The notes under the pieces were generated by a model. It made no database searches and was not told where the DNA came from. It saw only the letters and a program-made list of their open reading frames with translations. A program made the translations under genes and the position numbers. A DNA stretch of 28,164 nucleotides from an uncultured archaeon (GTDB taxonomy: Archaea; Nanohalarchaeota; Nanosalinia; Nanosalinales; Nanosalinaceae). The stretch lies in NCBI GenBank assembly GCA_964421955.1, contig CAYQYU010000013.1, positions 1 to 28,164 on the forward strand. The letters are read 5' to 3'. Of the stretch, positions 1 to 8,017 are shown piece by piece; the first letter of the stretch is position 1; each line of letters begins with the position of its first letter.

Positions 1-596
1 AGGTTGCCTTCTGCGGTGTATTTTTCTGGGTGGAATATTCTGCTTACTGGTATCGAGTCTTGGTTCTTTTCTTCAGCAAGAGGGTCTATTATTTCTTCTT
101 TTATCCATTTTTTGTTGGCCAGGTTTTTGGGGAACTGCCTGAGTATGTTGTAGTTTTCCATTCCGCCGCCGGGTTTGTTTTCGAATTCATCGACGATTTC
201 GTATATTTGTTGGTAGTGTTGTTGTTCTCGGAGTTGCTGGCTTGTTAGTAGGTCTCCTTCTTCGCCGTTTTCATCTACATTCCGGAGTTCCAGGTCTACG
301 TCGCCGTTGAAGTAGTCTTCAGGCCAGGGTTCATCCTCTAGAATAATGTTCAGCGTTCCGGAGTCCGGTATTTGTGGTGTTGGTGTCTGTGTTCGGGTGG
401 CTGTTTCCGTCGGCGTATCAGTTTCCGTAGGCGTTGTCTCCGAGGGTCTACTGCCAGGCCCGGGGTCGGAGCTGAATACGCATCCTGATAGGGCGGCGGC
501 TCCGATAGCACCTGTGGCTTTGAGAAAGCTTCTCCGGGACGGTTTCCCGTCTAGAACGTTTTTTACTGCTCGTAGGTCGACCTCTTCCTTAGACAT
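1..596 (-). CDS. Tat-signal lipoprotein with Thr/Pro linker (partial, runs off window)
   Basis: Not in the ORF track. Manual translation from ATG at 596: MSKEEVDLRAVKNVLDGKPSRRSFLKATGAIGAAALSGCVFSSDPGPGSRPSETTPTETDTPTETATRTQTPTPQ..., open to position 1. Has SRRSFLK twin-arginine motif, LSGC lipobox and an SD-like GAGGCGGGTG upstream. Confidence 0.8.
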   Translation of the reverse strand, partial: MSKEEVDLRAVKNVLDGKPSRRSFLKATGAIGAAALSGCVFSSDPGPGSRPSETTPTETDTPTETATRTQTPTPQIPDSGTLNIILEDEPWPEDYFNGDVDLELRNVDENGEEGDLLTSQQLREQQHYQQIYEIVDEFENKPGGGMENYNILRQFPKNLANKKWIKEEIIDPLAEEKNQDSIPVSRIFHPEKYTAEGN

Positions 597-677
597 TAGA
601 CACCCGCCTCTATTACTTTATTAGGCTTCCAGATTTATAATACTATTGTAGATTTGTTACTGGAAAGTGAATAAATA

Positions 678-685
678 CTTATATA
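678..685 (+). promoter_or_regulatory. Putative TATA box (CTTATATA) in divergent intergenic region
   Basis: AT-rich box preceded by purine-rich BRE-like sequence, upstream of the 827 ORF. Confidence 0.4.
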
Positions 686-826
686 GGCGGGGCTTGGAGG
701 GGGAAAAGGGCAGTAGGGAGAGAAGGTTCGGTGGTAGATCAATTTTTTACTAGAGTCTGGATATGAGAGCGTGGCTTCAGCCGGTTTTAGGCACGTTTTT
801 TATTTGGGTCTTTTCAAAAAGGTTGT

Positions 827-3800
827 ATGGATGTGGGAAAAGCTGTAGCTCTACTTCTTGTCGCTACTTTGACCGTTTCTATTACAGGTTTTGCAGGGGC
901 CTACAGCGGTATTGGAAGCATCGGAGGTACTCCTACATCTGCCTGTAACGACGGTACTGACAACGACGGGGATGCACGTGTGGACGGCGCCGATCCTGGA
1001 TGTACCAAACCTTACTACGCCGATACTACCGAGGGTAACATCTGGGATACCGATCTCACCTCCGTGATGTACACCGGGGGATCCGCTACCAGCAGCGTCA
1101 GCCTTTCCAGCAGTGATCTTTCCAGCGACTCTTCCGTTTTCTTCGCCGGCATCGTACGCAGGGGTAATGATGGAACCGTGAGGGAAACACCCGATAGCTA
1201 TAGCAGCGGCGTCCTGACAGAGAACTACATAGATGCGGTTTACGATGAGAGCAGCGGTAACTACGGGAATGGAAATCTTGCCTCAGTTGCTTACTCCAAG
1301 TCAAACTTTCCTTCAGGGACAGTTTTCACCTCTGAGAGAGCTGTAGATCCTCCTAATCCTGGTATGGGAAGCGTCAGCGGCTCAGTGGCTATCGAAGGGA
1401 GCCCTCAAAAGTGTGGGGACGGTAACGAGAACGATGCTGAGCCAGGGGGTCCTGATGGCCAGAATATGGGTTCTGATACCGGTACTCCCTGCAAGGCAGA
1501 TTATGGCCGGATGTGGGAGAAGGAAGATGTGAGATCTCCGGCCGAGCCTGATCATCAAACAAGCGATCAGACCACAAACAATGGTCTCTGGTGTCTCGAT
1601 GACGACCAAGATGATTCCGGGAATACATTATCTCATTCTTGTGAAGATGGTAATCCAGGTCAATGTGATGGTACAGGAGGAAATCCTCCTTCCTGTGGTG
1701 ATGAGGGGTGTGCGCAGGACCCGGACGATGGTACTTGCACTGATAAAAGTACTGGTAGTCAGAGCACCAGTGCTGATGGCTCATGGCAAGATTCTCAATC
1801 CGATACTGAAAATAATGAGTACTGGTATATTTCCGGTGACACTCTGATAAAGGATAGCTGTCAGGATGATGGAGGTTGGTCGCAGACGGGCAGCGCAGGG
1901 AATAATCCGAGCTGCAATACTTATAGTCCGAGCAATTATCAATGCGTATCTGATTGTACATGTGATCCTGCTGATCCTACCTGTAATCCGGTTTTCGAAC
2001 CTCAAAGCTGTTCTGTCTCTGGAACCCACCAACCATGTAGCTCAGCTAGTTCCACGACAATTACAGGAGATTACAGAAGCTGGCAGCAAGCCAATACTAT
2101 AGACTGCAACAGGAACAACGTCGTGGACGGTGGCGGGGAGAACAGTGCGGATGATTCTTCGACCAATAAGCCTGACAATGATCCGGCAGGCACATTCACC
2201 GATTTCACAGCGTATGATGATATGGGCTGGAACAAGGTCTGGTGCGGTTATGACTCCACTCTTACTGTTGACGCTGACGGGCCAAAAGGTTACGGCGACG
2301 GCTTCGTAGTTATTCACGAGGGAAGTATCGTTGCGACCGAGGCTCCTGACGGAGGCGACACCGTCGGCCAGCGAGTCTACGTGGACGGCAGTAGTTTCCA
2401 GGACTTCACCCACCTGATCGGCACGAGCTGTCCTGGAGGTAAAACAACCTGCCTGAAATACGTGGATTACCAGACTGTGGCAGGTTCGGGTACGGCGGGT
2501 TCACCTGAATGGACATCAGTATCAGGAGCTGTAACCATGAATGCAGACGCCTACACAGCGGACCAGTCCCTGTCGGTCTGCAGGGCGATTAACAGGATTA
2601 ACAAGAAGAACGGTAACGGCAACAGGTTGATCCACTGCAAGTACGAGGTGAACGCGGACGCGGGTGGAGGAGACGATGCTGGTCCCTACACCGAGGCATG
2701 TGAGGACGAGCCCGGCGAGTGGTGGGTGTACATGGAAGGTCCGGAAGTCAACAATGATGCTTCCGTCATGAACGACAATCCAGGGCATTACCAGGGCTGC
2801 GTTGACAGCAGCGATACAGGACGGTTTGGGGGAAGCCTAGACCAGGACAGCTGTATTCTCAAGGGCGAGCCTGTCTCGGAAGGTAAAGTGGCGAACGTCG
2901 AACCGGATTCGACCAATGATCCTTACGAGAGAGAAGGTAACCAGCCCGATTGGGAGGTCTGCCTGAATATACCTGGCCAGGGAGACGATGTTTCCGGCGA
3001 CAACACTCCTTCGGGCGACGACAAGGGCGGTGAATGGTACGACCTTGACAGTGAGACAGCGCAGAACTACCTTAGAGGTGGAGGTTCTGGTCTTGTAAGC
3101 GATACCAATCCTACAGGCAATACCAGGGAGATCAATCATTACTGGCGCGACAATCCCAATCCTTCACATCCAATACATAATCCCGAGGGCAGCAGTGATG
3201 GAACCGCTTTAGAGGACGACTGTGGTAATCCTCGTTTCAGTGAAAACGATAACCTGAGGTGCAATGACGCTTCAGATGCTACCAGCTTCTCCGAGACCAG
3301 GGAGCCAACTTTCTACAGCTTCTTTATAGAGAGGGACAGGGACGAGGATTTCCATCCCCAGGGCGGTTCTCCAAGCCCGGGATCGCCGGGCGACTTTGTA
3401 GGAGTTATAAACAAGCTGAAAGACAACTCAGACCAGCTGGAGCCAGGGATGGATACATCTACTTACTCTATGATGTCTACAGGCGCCTCAGTACCCGCAT
3501 ACATCTCGATGTGGAACACTTCCGAGGGTACACAGAGCGAGGCAGATCAGTGGGCTATAACCCCTAACCAGTCCTGGAGCGTCTCGAGCCGAGGGACGCC
3601 TTATCCTCCTTACGGAACCTACGCACATCCAGAAGGCGATGTTAGAAGTGGCAAGGGAAGCGATTCGATACCCAAGTATTTCAAGGCCTTCGGCAACTCG
3701 TATGCCGCGGTCGCAGACACAACTCTTACAGATGAAAACGGTAACACAGTTAATCCGGGTGAAGGAGTCTGGATAGATCCCGACTTCCTGAAGGAGGCCG

Positions 3801-5335
3801 ATAATTCAGGTGACTACAGGTTCCCGGCTGGCTCGAACTGGGCGGACGAAGTTAGCTTCTCCATGGATATTACAGGGTCAGATGCCGGTCTGGGCTTTGA
3901 CCTGGGAGCATCAGCTAGCTTGACTATAAGAAGTCCTGATGGTGTTTCCAACTCATTTGTACTTGGGGACATCTACTTTGAAGGAGAGGATAATGGTGTG
4001 GACAGTGATGGTGATGGTTCCGTTGACGAGGGGCCTGGTGCAGAGAGCTGGGAGGGAACCAACCTGGTTGGAGAGACCGTTAACGAGCTTGAGCCGCCGA
4101 TGTGTGGAGACGACGCGAATGAGTTCCTGGTAGAGGAGATGGGTGAATCATCCAATCCGAAACAGTTCACAGGTGCCTATGGCTGTGCGTCTGTAAGGAC
4201 CTACTGCGTCGACCGTTCTTCCGGTCAGGACTTCTTCTCAAGGGACAATTACAACCAGGTGGACGAGCCGGATGAAAACTTCGGTAGGTTGAAGCAGGAC
4301 AAAGAATACTGCGGTCAGACAGAGGACGGGCTGTCTGTCTGGTACGATCAGGACTTCGGCGATGTTGATGGAGACGGCATACAGGAAACTTGCCGTGACA
4401 ACACGTTATATGGGAGTGCAGGAGTAAGATGGATATCCGAAAGCTATATCGAAGACTATCCCCACGCCGTCAAGGGAGGTGTCGATGATGACTGGAACTC
4501 CTATATCGAACAGCATCTCTCGGTCTATCCCGGCAAATACGACCAGCTTCAGTCTATGCCTAGCAAGTCCAGCTGGTCTCCTCCCGACTTTAACTCCCTG
4601 AGTCCCGTCCCTACAGGAAGCCCCAACACAAGCATCGCGACTCTCGGATTCTGTGGAGGGGAAGACAGTGACGAGTACATAATAACCCAGAGATGCAACA
4701 ATCGTCTCTGCTCAACCGACACCTCTGTGCTCGGTGTTGCGGATGATCCCGGGGACTGTATACTTGAAGGTTCCCAGTACCCACAGATCTCGGACAGTAA
4801 GAGAAGGCTCTACGACACAGGCGACAACCTTACATTTGACCTCGGAAGCTCACAGAGGGATATAGCGTGCTTCGGGGGAGTATGGTACGAAGAATGGCCG
4901 GTGGTGTTCGAGCAAGACACCATCGATGTGGAGAAGGGAGAGACCCAGAGAGTCACGTTCCAGCTGATCAACGTTGAAAACGTTGAGAGAACATTCGACG
5001 TCCGGATGGAGAACACGGACGTTGCCCAGTTCTCAGAGTTCACCACTGAGTCAGGCAATAGCTTCACCGCAACAGTTCCAGCGAACAGCGCCGAGAAATA
5101 CCAGGTCGACATCTACGGGGGAGATACAACGATAGACAGTAGCCCCCTCAGAGTCCAGGCAGATGCCGTTAACTCCCGTGTTACCGGTGAAGACAGCGTC
5201 ACGGTCGATATAGTCAACACCACCGTTGACAAGGGAGGCGCCAGGAGCGGCTCTGAAAACGTTCCCGGAATCGGCATGATCCAGGTAATGTTTATAGTCC
5301 TGATGTCGGCGCTGCTGTTCTTCAGTCAGAGTTAA
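827..5335 (+). CDS. Large Cys-rich acidic cell-surface protein (Sec signal peptide, Ca-binding DxDxDG-type motifs, PGF-CTERM-like C-terminal anchor)
   Basis: 1502 aa. Hydrophobic N-terminus MDVGKAVALLLVATLTVSITGFAGA; CNDGTDNDGDARVDGADPGC, DSDGDGSVDEG and DVDGDG motifs; Ig-like beta-rich region near the C-terminus; ends VPGIG plus a transmembrane helix. Confidence 0.85.
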   Translation: MDVGKAVALLLVATLTVSITGFAGAYSGIGSIGGTPTSACNDGTDNDGDARVDGADPGCTKPYYADTTEGNIWDTDLTSVMYTGGSATSSVSLSSSDLSSDSSVFFAGIVRRGNDGTVRETPDSYSSGVLTENYIDAVYDESSGNYGNGNLASVAYSKSNFPSGTVFTSERAVDPPNPGMGSVSGSVAIEGSPQKCGDGNENDAEPGGPDGQNMGSDTGTPCKADYGRMWEKEDVRSPAEPDHQTSDQTTNNGLWCLDDDQDDSGNTLSHSCEDGNPGQCDGTGGNPPSCGDEGCAQDPDDGTCTDKSTGSQSTSADGSWQDSQSDTENNEYWYISGDTLIKDSCQDDGGWSQTGSAGNNPSCNTYSPSNYQCVSDCTCDPADPTCNPVFEPQSCSVSGTHQPCSSASSTTITGDYRSWQQANTIDCNRNNVVDGGGENSADDSSTNKPDNDPAGTFTDFTAYDDMGWNKVWCGYDSTLTVDADGPKGYGDGFVVIHEGSIVATEAPDGGDTVGQRVYVDGSSFQDFTHLIGTSCPGGKTTCLKYVDYQTVAGSGTAGSPEWTSVSGAVTMNADAYTADQSLSVCRAINRINKKNGNGNRLIHCKYEVNADAGGGDDAGPYTEACEDEPGEWWVYMEGPEVNNDASVMNDNPGHYQGCVDSSDTGRFGGSLDQDSCILKGEPVSEGKVANVEPDSTNDPYEREGNQPDWEVCLNIPGQGDDVSGDNTPSGDDKGGEWYDLDSETAQNYLRGGGSGLVSDTNPTGNTREINHYWRDNPNPSHPIHNPEGSSDGTALEDDCGNPRFSENDNLRCNDASDATSFSETREPTFYSFFIERDRDEDFHPQGGSPSPGSPGDFVGVINKLKDNSDQLEPGMDTSTYSMMSTGASVPAYISMWNTSEGTQSEADQWAITPNQSWSVSSRGTPYPPYGTYAHPEGDVRSGKGSDSIPKYFKAFGNSYAAVADTTLTDENGNTVNPGEGVWIDPDFLKEADNSGDYRFPAGSNWADEVSFSMDITGSDAGLGFDLGASASLTIRSPDGVSNSFVLGDIYFEGEDNGVDSDGDGSVDEGPGAESWEGTNLVGETVNELEPPMCGDDANEFLVEEMGESSNPKQFTGAYGCASVRTYCVDRSSGQDFFSRDNYNQVDEPDENFGRLKQDKEYCGQTEDGLSVWYDQDFGDVDGDGIQETCRDNTLYGSAGVRWISESYIEDYPHAVKGGVDDDWNSYIEQHLSVYPGKYDQLQSMPSKSSWSPPDFNSLSPVPTGSPNTSIATLGFCGGEDSDEYIITQRCNNRLCSTDTSVLGVADDPGDCILEGSQYPQISDSKRRLYDTGDNLTFDLGSSQRDIACFGGVWYEEWPVVFEQDTIDVEKGETQRVTFQLINVENVERTFDVRMENTDVAQFSEFTTESGNSFTATVPANSAEKYQVDIYGGDTTIDSSPLRVQADAVNSRVTGEDSVTVDIVNTTVDKGGARSGSENVPGIGMIQVMFIVLMSALLFFSQS

Positions 5336-5360
5336 ATCCGTTTTTCTATTAAACCGAAAC

Positions 5361-6818
5361 ATGATAGGAAAAGTCGTAGCCAGGGATAACACGCCGACCT
5401 CGGAAAAGTTCTTTCTTGTCTTCGAGGAAGGAGTCGCGAAAGGCAGCTATATCGAGTACCAGGCCGATGGCAGGGTCATCGCCAGAGTCTCCGAGGTGTA
5501 CAAGGCCAACGAGTACTTTGAAGACCTGGAAAGCATCTCCGACTCCCTGGAGGAGGACCTCCGGGAAAAGTTTCCCGTGGATGACTGGGAGGTGTCGATC
5601 GCGAAGGCAAGAATAATGGGCTGTTTCCGCGACGGTATGATACAGAGAGTGAACGATGCGCCGGCACCGGGAACACAGGTCGAAAACGCGGATCCATCCC
5701 GGGTGGAAGACTTCCTCGGCCTCGATAGTGATGGAATTGAACTCGGCCGCGTTCAACAGCAGGAAGTATCGGCTTCACTGAACCTCGCCAATACCCTGCA
5801 GAAGCATTTTGCGGTACTGGCCCAGTCAGGCGCTGGAAAGTCCTACACCGCTTCAGTCCTGCTTGAGGAGCTACTTGACCGTGAGAACGCGCCAGCGATA
5901 CTCGCGGTGGATCCCCACGGAGACTACACCAGCTTCGCGGACGACGAGAACTACATGAAGGATGTCAAAGTCTTCCGGGACGCGAACGTCTCGATAGCGG
6001 TCAACAATTTGACCGCGGACAAGGTCGACGCCTATTTTGATCTTTCACCGGCGCAGAGACGCGAACTTTCAAAGGCGTTCTCCGAGCTCAGGAAGGGAGA
6101 GAACAGCGACTTCGGTCTTATGGAGCTGAGAAAGGTTATCGAGGAGCAGGAGATGAATTCAAGCACGCGTTACGTCCTGCTGGATATCCTGAGGCAGATG
6201 AATTCGATGGACGTCTTTGGAAAGACTGATTCCCCGAACGCGGGCGACCTTGAGCCAGGAAAGTTGAACATAATTGATCTCAGTGAGATGATTGACCACA
6301 GGAAGAAGCAGGTGATCACCGCGTACTTCGGCCGCCGCTTCTTCCGTTTACGGCGCCAGGGCTCGGTTCCACCGTTCCTGATGCTCGTGGAGGAGGCACA
6401 CAACTTTGCACCCGAGGCACAGCCCGCCCCGTCGAGAACGGTTATAGAGAAGATCGCCCGGGAGGGTAGAAAGTTCCATGCCTCGCTTGGACTGATCTCG
6501 CAACGTCCTGTTAGACTTTCGACCACCGCGCTTTCCCAGTGCAACACCAAGTTCATTCTCCGGGTGACGAACCCCAACGACCTGGAGCACATCTCCCAGT
6601 CGAGCGAGGGCATAACCTCCGAGGTCAAGAACCAGATTCCCGGTCTCAAGACTGGAGAGGTAATAGTTATAGGAGAGGCCGTGAACTATCCAACCTTCAT
6701 AGATGTCCGTGAACGCCGGTCTAAAAAGTCGGATTCCGGCGACAGTCTTGACGCTGCACTGGAAGAATGGCGGGAAGACCAGGAGCAGCTGGACGAGGAC
6801 GCGGAAGCGTTTATGTAG
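5361..6818 (+). CDS. herA: HerA DNA translocase/helicase (HAS barrel + FtsK/HerA ATPase)
   Basis: N-terminal IGKVV...RVIARVSEV barrel pattern; Walker A AQSGAGKS; DPHGDY; Walker B LVEEAHNF; REGRKF arginine finger; SQRP motif. Confidence 0.92.
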   Translation: MIGKVVARDNTPTSEKFFLVFEEGVAKGSYIEYQADGRVIARVSEVYKANEYFEDLESISDSLEEDLREKFPVDDWEVSIAKARIMGCFRDGMIQRVNDAPAPGTQVENADPSRVEDFLGLDSDGIELGRVQQQEVSASLNLANTLQKHFAVLAQSGAGKSYTASVLLEELLDRENAPAILAVDPHGDYTSFADDENYMKDVKVFRDANVSIAVNNLTADKVDAYFDLSPAQRRELSKAFSELRKGENSDFGLMELRKVIEEQEMNSSTRYVLLDILRQMNSMDVFGKTDSPNAGDLEPGKLNIIDLSEMIDHRKKQVITAYFGRRFFRLRRQGSVPPFLMLVEEAHNFAPEAQPAPSRTVIEKIAREGRKFHASLGLISQRPVRLSTTALSQCNTKFILRVTNPNDLEHISQSSEGITSEVKNQIPGLKTGEVIVIGEAVNYPTFIDVRERRSKKSDSGDSLDAALEEWREDQEQLDEDAEAFM

Positions 6819-6861
6819 TCGGAGAGTAGATTATTATAGTTTAAATGACACTTTGCGTTCA

Positions 6862-7335
6862 ATGAATCCCCAGAGATCACGGCATCAGCAGTTTCTGGAT
6901 CAGGTTACCTGTAGCTATATTAAGGAATTCTCGCCTGAGACAGGAAATGATCTGCTTGTGAGGGATGTAGAGTTATCAAGTGATCCCATAGAGAGAGAAG
7001 TTGACCTGGTCCTGGTTGACCTGGAGGAGCGGTACATAGAGGCTATTGGGGTTCACGTGGATCCTCTTTCTGGGAGAGAAATAAGACTTCCCGAGCTGGG
7101 TGAAGTTGTACAGAGGCTCGGTTCGAACTGGAAGTATGAACTCTACGCCGTGACGGAACCCGGCTCCTCGCTGAACGAGATTACTGAGCCCCTGGATGGG
7201 AATGTCTACTTTGACGAGGAAGACGAATGGAAGTTCCACTCGAATCTCTTTAGCGATCTGAGCAGAGAGCTCTTCAGCTATGATCCGGTTGAAAGATACG
7301 ACGTAATCGACCCGGAAGACTGCTCAAATATTTAA
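6862..7335 (+). CDS. PD-(D/E)xK-fold protein, probably catalytically degenerate; paralog of 7438..8013
   Basis: Likely start ATG 6862, after the herA stop and downstream of TTATTATA/TTTAAA. EREVDLVLVD...IEAIGVH: the catalytic ExK is replaced by GVH. Aligns by eye with the next ORF. Confidence 0.65.
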   Translation: MNPQRSRHQQFLDQVTCSYIKEFSPETGNDLLVRDVELSSDPIEREVDLVLVDLEERYIEAIGVHVDPLSGREIRLPELGEVVQRLGSNWKYELYAVTEPGSSLNEITEPLDGNVYFDEEDEWKFHSNLFSDLSRELFSYDPVERYDVIDPEDCSNI

Positions 7336-7437
7336 ACAGTTCTGAGGAAGCTTGAAATAATGGAAAGGGGACAGGGAGATACTTCTAGAGCTCGAGTTTT
7401 AAAATCTGTAGCCGGAAATTGTCGGGTATCTCTCTAG

Positions 7438-8013
7438 ATGTCCCAAGAGTCTGTCATACTGACAGGCTCTACCGAACAGGATTCTATCCAGGAGTTACTC
7501 AGGGAGGATGACCGGAGCGCCCACCAGAGGGCTATTGACGCGATCACCCAGTTCAACATAGAGAACTACGACAGCAGAGCTTACGACATGGTGCTGCGGG
7601 AGGTACCTTACTGTCACACACCCTACAATTCCCCGGATGAGGAAGAAAACTGGTATCACCACAAAGGCGACATAGACCTGGGACTAGTGAATGTCGATGA
7701 TGAAATTCTCAGGGTTTTTGAGGTGAAGTCCAGTGAGAGGTACCGTTCAGATGGAAGAGATCAGCTGGAGAAACTTGCAGACTCTGTTGACAGTATCAGG
7801 GATAGAACGGATTTTGGCTGGGACGTAACTGGAAACGTCATACTTGCGGAAAACATAGCGGATGATTACCTTTTGCCCGAATCCTATTCCGGCGACTTTT
7901 ACTGTCCACCGGAAGTACTGCAGAAGTTCTTCAGGTCTGAAGGCTTCAGCAAGCTTTCGGAGCACCTTTTCTATGATCAGCTCCAGTTCGAGGAGGATAA
8001 CAACATTTTCTAG
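7438..8013 (+). CDS. PD-(D/E)xK restriction-endonuclease-like nuclease
   Basis: LREV...GDIDLGLVN...LRVFEVKS...GRDQL: canonical D...ExK with a downstream QL helix. Confidence 0.75.
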   Translation: MSQESVILTGSTEQDSIQELLREDDRSAHQRAIDAITQFNIENYDSRAYDMVLREVPYCHTPYNSPDEEENWYHHKGDIDLGLVNVDDEILRVFEVKSSERYRSDGRDQLEKLADSVDSIRDRTDFGWDVTGNVILAENIADDYLLPESYSGDFYCPPEVLQKFFRSEGFSKLSEHLFYDQLQFEEDNNIF

Positions 8014-8017
8014 TCTT

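Noticed and set aside
30-624. Track ORFs 30..248 and 346..624 on +
   Set aside because: Antisense to the better-supported Tat lipoprotein on the minus strand.
827-6818. HerA-like ATPase as a VirB4-type secretion motor for the adjacent giant protein
   Set aside because: The HAS-barrel N-terminus, size and proximity to mre11/rad50 fit repair-type HerA; no other secretion genes are present.
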